64,000 bases of DNA. It comes from Thermoproteota archaeon (GTDB lineage: Archaea > Thermoproteota > Thermoprotei > Thermofilales > B9-G17). A program made the position numbers and the translations under genes. The stretch's first letter is position 1; the number at the start of each line of letters is the position of its first letter. Of the stretch, positions 9,400 through 20,258 are shown piece after piece. Under the pieces are notes generated by a model that had not been told where the DNA came from, did not search any database, and saw only the letters and a list, made by a program, of their open reading frames with translations. Location of the stretch: the NCBI GenBank assembly GCA_029258885.1, contig JAPDJW010000002.1:128001-192000 (forward strand). Reading direction: 5' to 3'.

Positions 9400-10135
9400 T
9401 ATGGTGTTGCTTAAAGTTGAGAATTTAAACTCCGGATATAATGGTCTCCAAGTACTGTATAGCGTGAACATAGAAGTTGAAGAGAACGAGATAGTAGCGG
9501 TTATAGGTCCGAATGGAAGCGGAAAATCCACACTATTGAAATCGCTCTTCGGCCTAGTAACGATCTACAGCGGCAGGATACTCTTTGAAGATAGGGATAT
9601 AACTAGGCTAAAGCCCCATGAGAGAGCTAGGCTGGGCCTAGTATACCTGCCGCAGGTTGGAAGTACGTTTGAGAAGCTTACGGTTAGGGAAAATATAGCT
9701 ATGGCTAGCTTTCTTCTTAATCCCTCTATTAGAAGGAAGAGGATTGAAAACGCCCTAGAAATATTCCCCATCGTAAGGAAGTTCATGGATAGAAAGGTCT
9801 ATACTCTAAGCGGTGGAGAAAGGCAGATGGTTGCAATAACAATGGCGCTAATACGCAACCCCAAGCTGATAATGTTCGATGAACCGACGGCGAGCCTAGC
9901 TCCAAAGATAGCTAGAGAAATAATAGATAAGATAGTTCTACTCAGGAGGGAGCATGGGCTATCCATAATACTAGTGGAGCAGAACACTAGGCTTGCGCTG
10001 GAGGTCAGCGATAGAGCATACATACTTGTTACGGGCAGGTGCATATATCATGGCGAATCACGTGAGCTACTAAACGATAGGGATCTAGGAAAACTTTACT
10101 TGGGGTTGGCGCACCGTGAAGATGGATTCAGCTAG
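9392..10135 (+). CDS. livF: LIV-type ABC transporter ATP-binding protein
   Basis: GPNGSGKS, LSGGERQM, FDEPTASLAP and LVEQN. Confidence 0.9.
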   Translation: MSSMVLLKVENLNSGYNGLQVLYSVNIEVEENEIVAVIGPNGSGKSTLLKSLFGLVTIYSGRILFEDRDITRLKPHERARLGLVYLPQVGSTFEKLTVRENIAMASFLLNPSIRRKRIENALEIFPIVRKFMDRKVYTLSGGERQMVAITMALIRNPKLIMFDEPTASLAPKIAREIIDKIVLLRREHGLSIILVEQNTRLALEVSDRAYILVTGRCIYHGESRELLNDRDLGKLYLGLAHREDGFS

Positions 10136-11111
10136 CTTAACTCCGCTTATATTCCTTATGACATTGATAACAATACTTATCCTATTTACTCCTCCCGACC
10201 TCCTCCTGAATTCTCTCACGTTCAGCAATATAATTTCAATGCTGACTGTAGGGCTCGTGCTCACGTATCTAACGTTAAAAGTACCTAACTTCGCTCACGG
10301 AGATTTGGCAAGCATAGGTTTCTACGTATCGTATGCATTGTACAGGGCATATGGATTAAACCCCTATTTCTCGATACCAGTATCTTTCCTGGTCTCTGGG
10401 GCTGTTGCGCTGATGATATATAAGGCGGTGTATAGGGTACTGCAGAGGAGGAGGGCGGATATGGTCAACTTAATGGTGGCTTCAATAGCAGTTGACATAA
10501 TAATTCGAACAATCCTCTACATATATTCGGATGCAATGAGGGAATACACTAGGACGTTCTATAGGGGCTTTATATTTCACGACGTAACATTTAGGGTAGG
10601 ATGTTATAGCGTATCGTTCGTGGCTATAGCCTCGACGATAGCCTCCGTATCGATGGTGCTTGCCCTCTACTATCTACTCATGAAGACCAAAACAGGAATA
10701 GCGATGAGGGCCGCTATAGAGAATCCAGATCTAGCGGAAACCCTCGGGATAGATATAGATAAAATGTACTCGTTATCTTGGTTCATCGCAGGGGGAATAG
10801 CCGGAGCCGCTGGAGTATTCATACCCTTCAGAATGGCTTCATATCCCGACACTGGCTGGAATCTGCTGTTGAGGATGTTCTCAGCGGCTGTGCTTGGAGG
10901 CCTAGATAACATATTCGGCGCAATAGTGGGAGGATACATGGTCGGCCTCATCGAGGTCCTTGGGATATACTACCTTTCGAAGCCCCCAATTTACCTTTCA
11001 TCGGCCTATAGACCAGCTATTCCCTACGTAATTTTATTCTCAGTTCTTCTGTTTGCTCCGAAGGGTGTATTAAACCTAGTACTGGGCAGGAGGTGTGGGA
11101 AACATGATTGA
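10116..11111 (+). CDS. livH: LIV-type ABC transporter permease
   Basis: NFAHG, TKTGIAMRAAIENPDLAETLGI and VLGGL. Confidence 0.88.
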   Translation: MKMDSASLTPLIFLMTLITILILFTPPDLLLNSLTFSNIISMLTVGLVLTYLTLKVPNFAHGDLASIGFYVSYALYRAYGLNPYFSIPVSFLVSGAVALMIYKAVYRVLQRRRADMVNLMVASIAVDIIIRTILYIYSDAMREYTRTFYRGFIFHDVTFRVGCYSVSFVAIASTIASVSMVLALYYLLMKTKTGIAMRAAIENPDLAETLGIDIDKMYSLSWFIAGGIAGAAGVFIPFRMASYPDTGWNLLLRMFSAAVLGGLDNIFGAIVGGYMVGLIEVLGIYYLSKPPIYLSSAYRPAIPYVILFSVLLFAPKGVLNLVLGRRCGKHD

Positions 11112-12135
11112 TATCTTCGTACTAATCCTAGATTTCCTAGCCTTCTTTTCGATATACCTTATACTCTCGATAAGCTTAAACCTAGAGTACGGATACACGG
11201 GAATACCGAACTTCGGTAAGGTTCTCTTCTTCGCAGGAGGAGCGTTTACAGTAGGTGCATTAGCTTCCAGAATAATAGCTCCACTGGTAGGAGTGAACCT
11301 AGCTGAAATAGACTTCGTAAAGTACAATGCCTTTCTAGGCATAAAGGTAACGAACTTCTTCGCAGAAAACCCCCACATAGCACTGCTAATGTTTATAGCA
11401 TTACTCGCGTTAGCAATGATGGTGGGCGCCATTTTGGGATATCTAGCTTCCTATCCAGCAATTAGATTAAGAGAAGACTATCTTGGAATGGTCCTAGTAG
11501 TCTCAGGAGAATTAGCTAGAATAATAGGCAAAAACTATGATCCATTAATATGCGGCACCTTCGGCGTATTCGTCCCAGATCCATTCTCGTGGGCTGGAAG
11601 ACTCCAATCGATAGTAAGAGTTGCAGTAATGCTGGCAATAGCCTACCTAGCTTTCCTAACCGTAGAGAAGCTGTCCAGATCCCCCTACGGTAGAGTGCTA
11701 AGAGCCATTAGGGATAACGAAGTGGCTGCAGACGCCTACGGGAAGAATATCGTTAAGGTGAGAATGCAGGTACTTGTCATAGGGTCTGCGCTCGCGGGGC
11801 TGGCGGGAGCGCTATACGCCTTCTATATGGGGACAGTTCATCCAGATGACTACTCTCCTCTCAAAACTTTTGTTATATGGATAATGGTAATAATGGGAGG
11901 CAGGGGGAACAATACTGGGGCAGCGGTGGGAGCATTAATATATCTGCTCGTAAACAGGACTATATCCTTCATTAAGCACTGGCTATATGCTCCATTCGAC
12001 GTCAACTACTTAAGCTACCTAATCTTCGGCGCCATAATAATCCTGATACTGATATACAAGCCGCAGGGGCTAATCCCCGAGAAACCTAGCGAAACGCTAG
12101 ACTTTAGGAAATACTTGAAGAAAACTAAATCCTAA
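11095..12135 (+). CDS. livM: LIV-type ABC transporter permease
   Basis: SLNLEYGYTGIPNFG, RLREDYL, SPYGRVLRAIRDNEVAA and KPQGLIPE. Confidence 0.88.
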   Translation: MGNMIDIFVLILDFLAFFSIYLILSISLNLEYGYTGIPNFGKVLFFAGGAFTVGALASRIIAPLVGVNLAEIDFVKYNAFLGIKVTNFFAENPHIALLMFIALLALAMMVGAILGYLASYPAIRLREDYLGMVLVVSGELARIIGKNYDPLICGTFGVFVPDPFSWAGRLQSIVRVAVMLAIAYLAFLTVEKLSRSPYGRVLRAIRDNEVAADAYGKNIVKVRMQVLVIGSALAGLAGALYAFYMGTVHPDDYSPLKTFVIWIMVIMGGRGNNTGAAVGALIYLLVNRTISFIKHWLYAPFDVNYLSYLIFGAIIILILIYKPQGLIPEKPSETLDFRKYLKKTKS

Positions 12136-14749
12136 CTCCGTATTTGCGGATAAACTCTAAGCTCTCTATTAACGTATCCTCTGTTATCGACGGCTTAATT
12201 CTTGATACGATTGCAGCGATATCCTTCATGGTGACCTTAACATCCTCTCCCTTAATCTTCCTCCTAATTACGGCCATCTTTGCTTCCTTACATATGGCAA
12301 CTATATCGGCGCCAGAGTATCCTCGGGTAAGTTCAGCGAGTTTCTTAAAGTCTACGTCTTCAGCTAACGGTAGCCCCTCGAGGTGTTTCCTGAATAATTT
12401 CTCCCTAGCCTCAGTGCCCGGCGGCGGAACGTATATCAGCTTATCGAAACGCCCAGGCCTTAGGAGGGCCGGATCCAGAGCAAGCGGCCTATTGGTAGCC
12501 GCTAGAACAACTACGTTCCTCTTATCAACTATTCCATCCATTTCATAGAGTAGTTGGGCTACAACCCGCCTATAGACCTCGTCATCCGTTAGATCCCTCC
12601 TAGGGGCTATAGCATCTATTTCATCGAGGAATATCACAGACGGCGAGTTTTCATACGCTCTATTAAATGCATCCTTAAGCTCCTTCACGGCATCCCTCCC
12701 AGATATATCGCTGCATCTAACCTCGATGAAGGGAACTTTCAGCTTTTCAGCCGCAACCCTAGCTAACAGGGTCTTCCCGCATCCAGGTGGACCAAATAAA
12801 AGTATTCCCCTAACAACATTACTAATACCGTATTTTTCAAGTAACTCCGGATACTTCAGCGGTATCTTAATGGATTCAATAAGTATTTTCTTAGCTTCAT
12901 CGAGACCGATCACGTCGTGCCAGCTGAGTTTAGCCTGCTTTCTAGGCTTAAACCTCCTCCTCTCGTATTCAAGCTTAAACCTCTCGTACTCCCTCATCAT
13001 CTCCAACGTTATGCTGGGCTTATAGCGCCGAATAACCTTAATGAAGTCAGACATACACACCGGCCTTTCTTTCCCATATTCGAGGGCATACCTCACAGCC
13101 TCCCTAGCAGCCTCCTGGCAAACTATGGCTATGTCGGCACCAGAAAACCTCTCAGTGAGTTCGGCAAGTCTATCGAAGTCGACGTCTCCAGCAATAGGCA
13201 TGTTTCTAGTATGAATTCTAAATATCTCAGCCCTAGCCTCCTTATCAGGCGGTGGAACGTATATCAGCTTATCGAAACGCCCAGGCCTTATTAAAGCTTT
13301 ATCGAGAACCTGAGGCATATTAGTGGCACCAACAATGAGTATTCCATCGCTACTCTCAAGTCCATCGAGCTCAGCCAACATTATGCTTAAAAGCCTCGGG
13401 GAAACGTCGTCGGTCGAGTAGGAATCCCTACTCCTACCGAGTGCTTCAAGTTCATCGAAGAATAAAATACAGGGAGCTTCGTTTCTAGCCTTTCTAAATA
13501 TCTCAGCCATCTTATGCTCGCTCTCGCCGTACCATTTACTTAAAATATCGCTACACTTAACGTAGAAGAACTTAAAGTTTAGGTGTGTGGCTAGAGCTTT
13601 CATCAGCAGTGTCTTGCCGCATCCAGGAGGACCGAAGAGGAGTATGCCTTTAGGCGGCTTCAATCCATATTTTCTAGCTACCTTTCTATTCCTCAGAGGC
13701 CACACGATTGTTTCGATAATCTCCCTTTTAACGTCATCCAGCCCCCCGATATCGTTGAACGTAATCTTATTCTTTCTTGAAGGCTTATAGCTCCTAATGC
13801 CAAGCCTATCTAGGGACGCCACAACCTCAGCCTTAGACGTTAACTGTAAAGCCTCGCTAACAATCGATAGCCTACTGAAGGTGAGTGAGAGGGATGCTGA
13901 AGTAATAAGGAAGGGAACGTAGAAATCCGGATCCGGGAAGTAGCCGAACGCCATCCTACTTATAAGTAGATACGTTGAAATAATTATTCCCGAAGCAATC
14001 AATCCAGCGAAAAGTCCACTAAGCCATGAGTTAAGCCTACGTGCAATGTAGGACACCATATAGCATGTAAGCATTATAGTCATAATCTGAATTGAGACAA
14101 TGCATCCCCTACCAGCTAGAAAAACGAGCGTATCACCTATAATTCCAAACGAGGACAGCAGCTCAGCCATGCCTACATTGGGGATAGCCTTACTAAGGTC
14201 GTCAAGCGATGCAATCGGGGGCTTAAAACCCCCCACTATAGGAGTACCCGATGGGAGCACTATCATGGAAATAACCTGATAGCTTCCAAAGCTACTCCTA
14301 GTCCACAGGCCTATGAAAGTGGCTCCCAAGCCGTACATCATTCCTAGGAATAGCGCGGAGAGCGGCTGTACCATAGTTGAGCCTGCCACTATTAAAGCTA
14401 TTGAAAGCATATCCAGGTGAGGGTATAGGAGGGCCAGAGAGAGGGACACATAGAGTATTAGTACGCCGATCCAATTTCTTATGAACGCTAGGGAGGCAAG
14501 CGCAAATAACGCATAGCATATTCCCAACGTAACGTCCTGATACAGAGCAGCGGGGACGCCTATAAGCGCCACAAAAGCTGTAGCGGCCATGGGGCTCTTA
14601 ATCGATAGCAGTATCGATAAAATAATGAGTATTACGGATACGAAGCTCGGGTAGAAGGGTATTGCATTAAACAGTAGATGCTCCAGTATTACTAGGGCAA
14701 GTATCCTAAACATGTATGAAGCTATGGTCCTAACTAGATCGATCCTCAT
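12125..14749 (-). CDS. Cdc48-like double AAA+ ATPase with a large multi-pass N-terminal membrane domain
   Basis: Two Walker A motifs (GPPGCGKT), Walker B motifs FFDE and FLDE, and two RPGRFD regions. The first ~310 aa are strongly hydrophobic. The likely start is MRIDLVR at 14749 (the track gives 14809). Confidence 0.85.
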   Translation of the reverse strand: MRIDLVRTIASYMFRILALVILEHLLFNAIPFYPSFVSVILIILSILLSIKSPMAATAFVALIGVPAALYQDVTLGICYALFALASLAFIRNWIGVLILYVSLSLALLYPHLDMLSIALIVAGSTMVQPLSALFLGMMYGLGATFIGLWTRSSFGSYQVISMIVLPSGTPIVGGFKPPIASLDDLSKAIPNVGMAELLSSFGIIGDTLVFLAGRGCIVSIQIMTIMLTCYMVSYIARRLNSWLSGLFAGLIASGIIISTYLLISRMAFGYFPDPDFYVPFLITSASLSLTFSRLSIVSEALQLTSKAEVVASLDRLGIRSYKPSRKNKITFNDIGGLDDVKREIIETIVWPLRNRKVARKYGLKPPKGILLFGPPGCGKTLLMKALATHLNFKFFYVKCSDILSKWYGESEHKMAEIFRKARNEAPCILFFDELEALGRSRDSYSTDDVSPRLLSIMLAELDGLESSDGILIVGATNMPQVLDKALIRPGRFDKLIYVPPPDKEARAEIFRIHTRNMPIAGDVDFDRLAELTERFSGADIAIVCQEAAREAVRYALEYGKERPVCMSDFIKVIRRYKPSITLEMMREYERFKLEYERRRFKPRKQAKLSWHDVIGLDEAKKILIESIKIPLKYPELLEKYGISNVVRGILLFGPPGCGKTLLARVAAEKLKVPFIEVRCSDISGRDAVKELKDAFNRAYENSPSVIFLDEIDAIAPRRDLTDDEVYRRVVAQLLYEMDGIVDKRNVVVLAATNRPLALDPALLRPGRFDKLIYVPPPGTEAREKLFRKHLEGLPLAEDVDFKKLAELTRGYSGADIVAICKEAKMAVIRRKIKGEDVKVTMKDIAAIVSRIKPSITEDTLIESLEFIRKYGVRI

Positions 14750-15017
14750 GCTACCACTATGCAGAGAATAGAGTCCATTTATTAAGTAAAAGTAGCTAGT
14801 GTTCTTCAATTATAATATGTCAATATATTCCCAGGAATATCGGATAGCATTATTTATGCTAAAACATGTCATACTCTCACTCGATGTTACTTGAGATTGT
14901 GGAGGGAAGCATGGTCATATAATGGGAAGATGAGTCTAGCTATAGCTGAAAGCCGGGAGTATTAGATTTAATGTTTAAATAATCTACTGATATATCATAT
15001 CACTCGAGGTTGGTTAT

Positions 15018-16130
15018 ATGGCTTCAATATCATACGATAGAAGGATTGAAAGAGTAAAAGAAAAACTTTCGGGGGATAAATTAAATGCTGTAATATTATT
15101 CGATCCATTAAATATAGCCTATTTAACAGGTTTTGACTCGGCATCTGCATGTATAGTTCCCCTTGAGGGAAATGTAGAGGTAATAGTGCCTAGGCTTGAG
15201 TACTTTAGGGCACGGGACACGGCTAAGCATTGTGAGGTAGTAGGCTATTCAACCTACGAATCGGAAACTCTATCTGAGGAAAAAGTGATATTTAAGGACT
15301 TAACTGCCACTATAATTGAATTAGTGAAGGAAAACATTAGTAAGGGTAGAGTAGGCGTTGAGGCAAGTAGAATTAGAACTAAAACACTCGAAAAAATGAG
15401 GAGTGAATTGAAGGATTATGAGCTAGTTGATATTTCTAAGCTAATTACCGACATGAGGATGTGCAAGGATGAGGAGGAAATTAATGCATTAAAAGAGGCA
15501 ATAAAGGTAGCTGAAGAGGCCATGGGTATAGCAGTAGAGCTATCAAGGGAGGGTGTAACAGAGGCCGAAGTAGCATCGGAAGTACTTAGAACCATAAGCC
15601 GTAAGGGGCTGTTATGGTCGTTTAACCCAATAGTAGCGTCAGGTCCAAACTCAGCCTATCCACACGCCGTGCCGACTACGAGGAGGATGTCTAGAGGGGA
15701 TATTGTGGTAATAGATCTAGGCGCCAGGTACAAGGGATACTGTTCCGATATGACTAGGACGATAATTATAGGGGAGAAGGATAGCAAGTACGCTAAACTA
15801 TACAATGCTGTCTTAGAGGCTCAGGTAAAGGCTATTGAAGAGATTGGACCTGGCGTAAGCGCGGCACATCCGGATAGCATTGCAAGAAAAATATTGAAGG
15901 AGAAGGGGTTAATACAGTACTTTAATCACTCTCTCGGCCACGGCGTAGGGCTTGCAGTTCACGAAGCACCAGCGTTATCTCCTAAGTCAGAAAATGTCGT
16001 ACTTAGGCCTGGAGTAGTTGTCACCGTTGAACCTGGAGTATACATACCCGGATACGGTGGAATAAGGATAGAGGATATGGTTCTAGTAACCGAGGATGGG
16101 TGTAAGGTGTTAACCAGTTTCCCGAAGTAG
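15018..16130 (+). CDS. Xaa-Pro peptidase (M24B prolidase/aminopeptidase P)
   Basis: PIVASGPNSAYPH, DLGARYKGYCSDMTRT, HSLGHGVGL, EPG and RIED. Confidence 0.92.
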   Translation: MASISYDRRIERVKEKLSGDKLNAVILFDPLNIAYLTGFDSASACIVPLEGNVEVIVPRLEYFRARDTAKHCEVVGYSTYESETLSEEKVIFKDLTATIIELVKENISKGRVGVEASRIRTKTLEKMRSELKDYELVDISKLITDMRMCKDEEEINALKEAIKVAEEAMGIAVELSREGVTEAEVASEVLRTISRKGLLWSFNPIVASGPNSAYPHAVPTTRRMSRGDIVVIDLGARYKGYCSDMTRTIIIGEKDSKYAKLYNAVLEAQVKAIEEIGPGVSAAHPDSIARKILKEKGLIQYFNHSLGHGVGLAVHEAPALSPKSENVVLRPGVVVTVEPGVYIPGYGGIRIEDMVLVTEDGCKVLTSFPK

Positions 16131-16157
16131 TCGTAAATGGGATGAATGTAATTAGCC

Positions 16158-16742
16158 ATGGTAGGAATCTATAAGAAGGCTCTAAGAGTATTAGGAATAG
16201 CAGAGAGTTACGTTAGAGGTAAGAGCAGGGAGTCGTTGCTTGCTGGAGTTGTTATGCGAGGGGACTTCATTATAGATGGCTTTGCTTTCACAAAAATTAC
16301 CGTTGGAGGCATGGATGCAACGGAGGGAGTATTGAGGATATATAAGCTCTTAAATAGGGAGGATATCAGCATTATAATGTTGAATGGATGTATAATAGCG
16401 TGGTTCAATATCATTGATATAGATAGGGTATATGAGGAGACGGGAAGGCCTGTAATAGTTGTAACCTACGAGGAGAGTGAAGGTATAGAGGATTTCATAA
16501 AAAGATACTTTCCAGAGGATGCTGAAGAAAGGATAAGAATGTATAGGAAGCTGGGATCAAGGCAGTTTTTTAGGCTTAAGACGGGATACACCGTGTACAT
16601 TAGAACACAAGGGATAACGTACAGGGATGCATGTGTTATTCTGAATAGATTCACTGTTACTGGCTCTGTGCCAGAGCCTCTCAGGGTTGCAAGGCTTCTA
16701 GCTAGACAAATAAATAAAAATATCTTGGCGAGAAATTACTAG
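16158..16742 (+). CDS. DUF99/UPF0215 family protein (endonuclease V-like fold)
   Basis: VLGIAES, LAGVVMRGD, GMDATE, MLNGCIIAWFNIID and VPEPLRVARL. Confidence 0.85.
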   Translation: MVGIYKKALRVLGIAESYVRGKSRESLLAGVVMRGDFIIDGFAFTKITVGGMDATEGVLRIYKLLNREDISIIMLNGCIIAWFNIIDIDRVYEETGRPVIVVTYEESEGIEDFIKRYFPEDAEERIRMYRKLGSRQFFRLKTGYTVYIRTQGITYRDACVILNRFTVTGSVPEPLRVARLLARQINKNILARNY

Positions 16743-16833
16743 TATTATCCCAATGCTACCGGAATATATATTTATACCCTCTGGAGAGAAAATCATTATC
16801 TAAAAATACCTCATAACATCTTAGTCTTTAGGA

Positions 16834-17391
16834 GTGAATATTATGTCCGGAACAGCGAAGGTCGTATCCGATAAGTTTCAGGAGAAGATAGACAAGCTGA
16901 GGAGCATAGTTAAGAGTAATGATGAGGCGCTTAAGGTTATAAGCGACATCGAGCAGTTGCTAAACAAGGCAGACTACGTCATAATCCTCGGAGTAAAGAG
17001 GTTAATGAAGGAGAATAGGGAGAAATTCTCCCATACACTTGATAAAATGAGGAGGGATGAGGACTTCAGGCGTTTCATAGAGATAGCAAGATACCCGTGG
17101 GGAGGAAACGTAACCATAGCTAGGCTTTTCCAGATACTTTGGGTAATAACAGCGGCCTTAGCTTTCATGATGGGTATATACCTATTCTTCCCGCCCTACC
17201 TGTTTTTCGGTGAAGTTAGAGGAGGTAATGCTACAGCATTAATAGAGAGGACACTTGAAATAGTATCTAAGAACCCACATATCCTCATGGTTATCGATCC
17301 TCTGTTTAAAGTTTTAGGCTTCGTACTTATGATCATAGCTATATTAAGCCTCTATCAGGCCCACATGATAGGGGCTGCAATTAAAAGGTAG
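16834..17391 (+). CDS. Hypothetical membrane protein (soluble N-terminus, two C-terminal TM segments)
   Basis: 185-aa ORF with host-like codon usage, 1 nt upstream of the next gene. Confidence 0.55.
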   Translation: MNIMSGTAKVVSDKFQEKIDKLRSIVKSNDEALKVISDIEQLLNKADYVIILGVKRLMKENREKFSHTLDKMRRDEDFRRFIEIARYPWGGNVTIARLFQILWVITAALAFMMGIYLFFPPYLFFGEVRGGNATALIERTLEIVSKNPHILMVIDPLFKVLGFVLMIIAILSLYQAHMIGAAIKR

Positions 17392-17392
17392 A

Positions 17393-19414
17393 TTGGGGCC
17401 TAAAATGGGCCATGAAATACCTATGACTAGACTAAAATTGAACGTACTTGATTTCATATCCATAATTATAAAGTATCTAATGTTCATGGCTGGAGTGCTA
17501 GCTTTTCTTCTATTGGTATTTCTGTTCTCACTTATTCAAGTAAGGTTTATGCCGCAGGAAATAATAGATGGTTTCACAGCGTTGCTCTTCATACCCCTAA
17601 TAATGGATCTCATACTCATCTCGCCTAATCTGCCAACGCTCCTTCTCTTCTTCTATTTAATACCGCTCCTCCTAATAATCATCGTAATAGCTAGAATATC
17701 ATTAACCAAAATACTAGGCTCTGGCATAATACAAGCCGTAAGTATTAAACCAAAACTAGGCAGAAGGAGAAGAGAGAGAAAATACGGTTTGCTTACTCTT
17801 TTATCCGTGAGCATAGGAGCTACGATAGGTCCTTCAACATTTGTATTGTGTCCTAATAGCGTAAAACACTTTGGAGCTTACGCTCTGCCGGGGATGATTC
17901 TATCCTCAATATCATCAATACTTCTAGCATATGCCTATGGTAAAATGTACTTCTACAGCAAGAAGCTTGGAAACAAGATAGTTGGAGGACCATCATTCGT
18001 TGGAAACGCCTTCGGCGTAAAACATTACCTATACATGGTTTCAAGATTCACTATGTGGATTGGAAATGTGGCGTTAGCAGCTTTCAACCTACTAATAATC
18101 ATTAGCCTTGTAACAGAGTACATGTTGCCGCTGTTCCTTCCATGGCTCGACTTAAGCACTAATTCAATATTATATTATGGCCTTAAAGTAGCTCTCTTCA
18201 TATTGCTTTCAACGATAGTCATAGTAAGTTATGAGGGATGGGAGAAAATGGTAAGCCTACAGTCGATTCTAACGTCGATATTCTTCTTTCTCCTAATCTT
18301 ACATATATATTTCATGGCCACATACTATAATGTTTCAATAATCCCCCCATTACATGAGCTGAATTTCAATCCATCAACTAGTGGTGTGGAATCCTTAATA
18401 CTAGGAACTCTAACATCAGCGGCATACGTTTATCTAATGGTTTTCGGATTCCAGGAAGTTCAGAGCCTTGGGGAGAACGTTAAAACCAAAGCCGAGAAGC
18501 CAGCATTGATGTTAAAGGAGGCTGCATCTATATTGAGGAAAGCAATGCTGGGAGGTTCTCTAATATCATCTATAATATTCATACTATATATAAGTATGTA
18601 CATAAATATGTCTGAGAAAGGCTATGAGATACCATCCACACTTATCCCAGCTCTGGATATGGCTAAGCCATCCTATGCGGCTTTTCTAATAACATTATCC
18701 TGTATATCCCTAGGAATATTAACTACTTACATACCAGCCTTTGTGGCTGCATTAAAACACCTAAAGGAGCTGACATCAGACGTATTCTTCATACCTATAA
18801 GGGAGGTCAGGCTCGACCCATACATAATAATAGCATTCATGGGTCTACTTCTTTTGACGCATTCAGAGTACATAATAAAGCTCACAGACTTCTCCATACT
18901 GATATCACTATCAATAATCTCAATCTCGGAGCTAAGGCTGCGATCAAGATTTACCAGAACAAAATCCAAGCTATCACTGGACAGCATTAGGATAATATTT
19001 ACCTCTATACTGATCCTATCCGTTGCCTCAATATTCTCAACGGTTTATCAAGAGGTAGCAATAAATAGCATAATTTTCATGATAATGTCAACGCTAGTGT
19101 TAATGTTCCTAAGCTATGAAATACTAATGATTGAGGTATTTGCAGTAACGATGATGTTCTTTTCCCTGATAATAACTCCACCGTTAATTAGCGTAATAAG
19201 CGAGTTCGCAAGTTACGGGATGGCAACACCAGCGGATATAGCAATAGCACAAGCCCTTGTAACAACATCATGGATAATATACTTCATATTCATAGTGCTG
19301 TTAGTGCATATAGTCATCGAACATAGACAGGAGATATCGAAGATGGCTAGTGAATTAATGTTAATCTTAAGAACATTTGTTAACAGGATAGTTAAAAGAG
19401 CGAAAATAAGGTAA
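17393..19414 (+). CDS. APC-superfamily amino acid permease with extra TM segments
   Basis: SVSIGATIGPSTF, GGPSFVGNAFG and FGFQEVQSLGENVK; many TM segments. Confidence 0.7.
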   Translation: MGPKMGHEIPMTRLKLNVLDFISIIIKYLMFMAGVLAFLLLVFLFSLIQVRFMPQEIIDGFTALLFIPLIMDLILISPNLPTLLLFFYLIPLLLIIIVIARISLTKILGSGIIQAVSIKPKLGRRRRERKYGLLTLLSVSIGATIGPSTFVLCPNSVKHFGAYALPGMILSSISSILLAYAYGKMYFYSKKLGNKIVGGPSFVGNAFGVKHYLYMVSRFTMWIGNVALAAFNLLIIISLVTEYMLPLFLPWLDLSTNSILYYGLKVALFILLSTIVIVSYEGWEKMVSLQSILTSIFFFLLILHIYFMATYYNVSIIPPLHELNFNPSTSGVESLILGTLTSAAYVYLMVFGFQEVQSLGENVKTKAEKPALMLKEAASILRKAMLGGSLISSIIFILYISMYINMSEKGYEIPSTLIPALDMAKPSYAAFLITLSCISLGILTTYIPAFVAALKHLKELTSDVFFIPIREVRLDPYIIIAFMGLLLLTHSEYIIKLTDFSILISLSIISISELRLRSRFTRTKSKLSLDSIRIIFTSILILSVASIFSTVYQEVAINSIIFMIMSTLVLMFLSYEILMIEVFAVTMMFFSLIITPPLISVISEFASYGMATPADIAIAQALVTTSWIIYFIFIVLLVHIVIEHRQEISKMASELMLILRTFVNRIVKRAKIR

Positions 19415-19418
19415 ATGG

Positions 19419-20258
19419 GTGATATATATTATATATGATCTACATGTACATACTGGATACACCAAAGATGTTAAGGGAAATTATTCAATAGAGGATTATT
19501 ATAGGAGCGCCATTAAGGCCGGAATACGTGGAATATGTGTAACAAACCATTTCGAGTATCATCCAGAGCGTGGATTGGTGCCAGGAAACACTATTATGCC
19601 GGAGCAGATAGACACCCTAATAAAGGAGTTCGATAAAGCTAGGGAAAGTATAGGCTCGAACATATACTTAGGGCTTGAAGTAACTTTTTCGAGAAGATAT
19701 CTCAGGGACATAAGGAAAGTCCTCGAAGACTATGAGCATATGTTCGACTTCATAATAGGCTCGATACACTACGTTAAAAGCTACGAGATAACGGAAAGCT
19801 ATCCTCCACTAAGCTTCTTCAGAAAATACAGTGAGGAGGAGGTTTATAAAATGTATTTCAGGGAGGTCGAGGAGGCAATAGAATCCCAGCTCTTCGACGT
19901 AATAGGCCATCCAGACGTCATAAGAAAACATGTAGTAAAATACTATGGACATGAGCTTGAAACCAGTATGTACATAAAGATAGCCGAGAGGTCGATAGAG
20001 ATGCTTAAAGAATACAACACGGGGATAGAGATAAACACTTCAGGCTTCAGACACGGCATAAATAGCTTCTACCCAAGAGACATATATTTAGAAACCTGCT
20101 GGAAATATGGGATAAAATACATAACGTACGGATCCGATGCACACAACCCCCAACACGTAGGGTACATGTGGAGAGACGCCACTAAGAAGCTGAAGGACTT
20201 AGGATATAGAGTCGTATACTACTACGTCGGTAGAAAGCCTAGGGAGTTGCTCCTTTAA
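19419..20258 (+). CDS. PHP-family phosphatase (HisK/HisJ histidinol-phosphatase-like)
   Basis: DLHVHT, TNHFE, IIGSIH, GHPD, EINTSG and GSDAH. Confidence 0.85.
   Translation: MIYIIYDLHVHTGYTKDVKGNYSIEDYYRSAIKAGIRGICVTNHFEYHPERGLVPGNTIMPEQIDTLIKEFDKARESIGSNIYLGLEVTFSRRYLRDIRKVLEDYEHMFDFIIGSIHYVKSYEITESYPPLSFFRKYSEEEVYKMYFREVEEAIESQLFDVIGHPDVIRKHVVKYYGHELETSMYIKIAERSIEMLKEYNTGIEINTSGFRHGINSFYPRDIYLETCWKYGIKYITYGSDAHNPQHVGYMWRDATKKLKDLGYRVVYYYVGRKPRELLL

Noticed and set aside
14925-14955. GATGA-12 nt-CTGA half C/D motif between the AAA ATPase and prolidase genes
   Set aside because: No recognisable upstream C box or D' box; could be chance.
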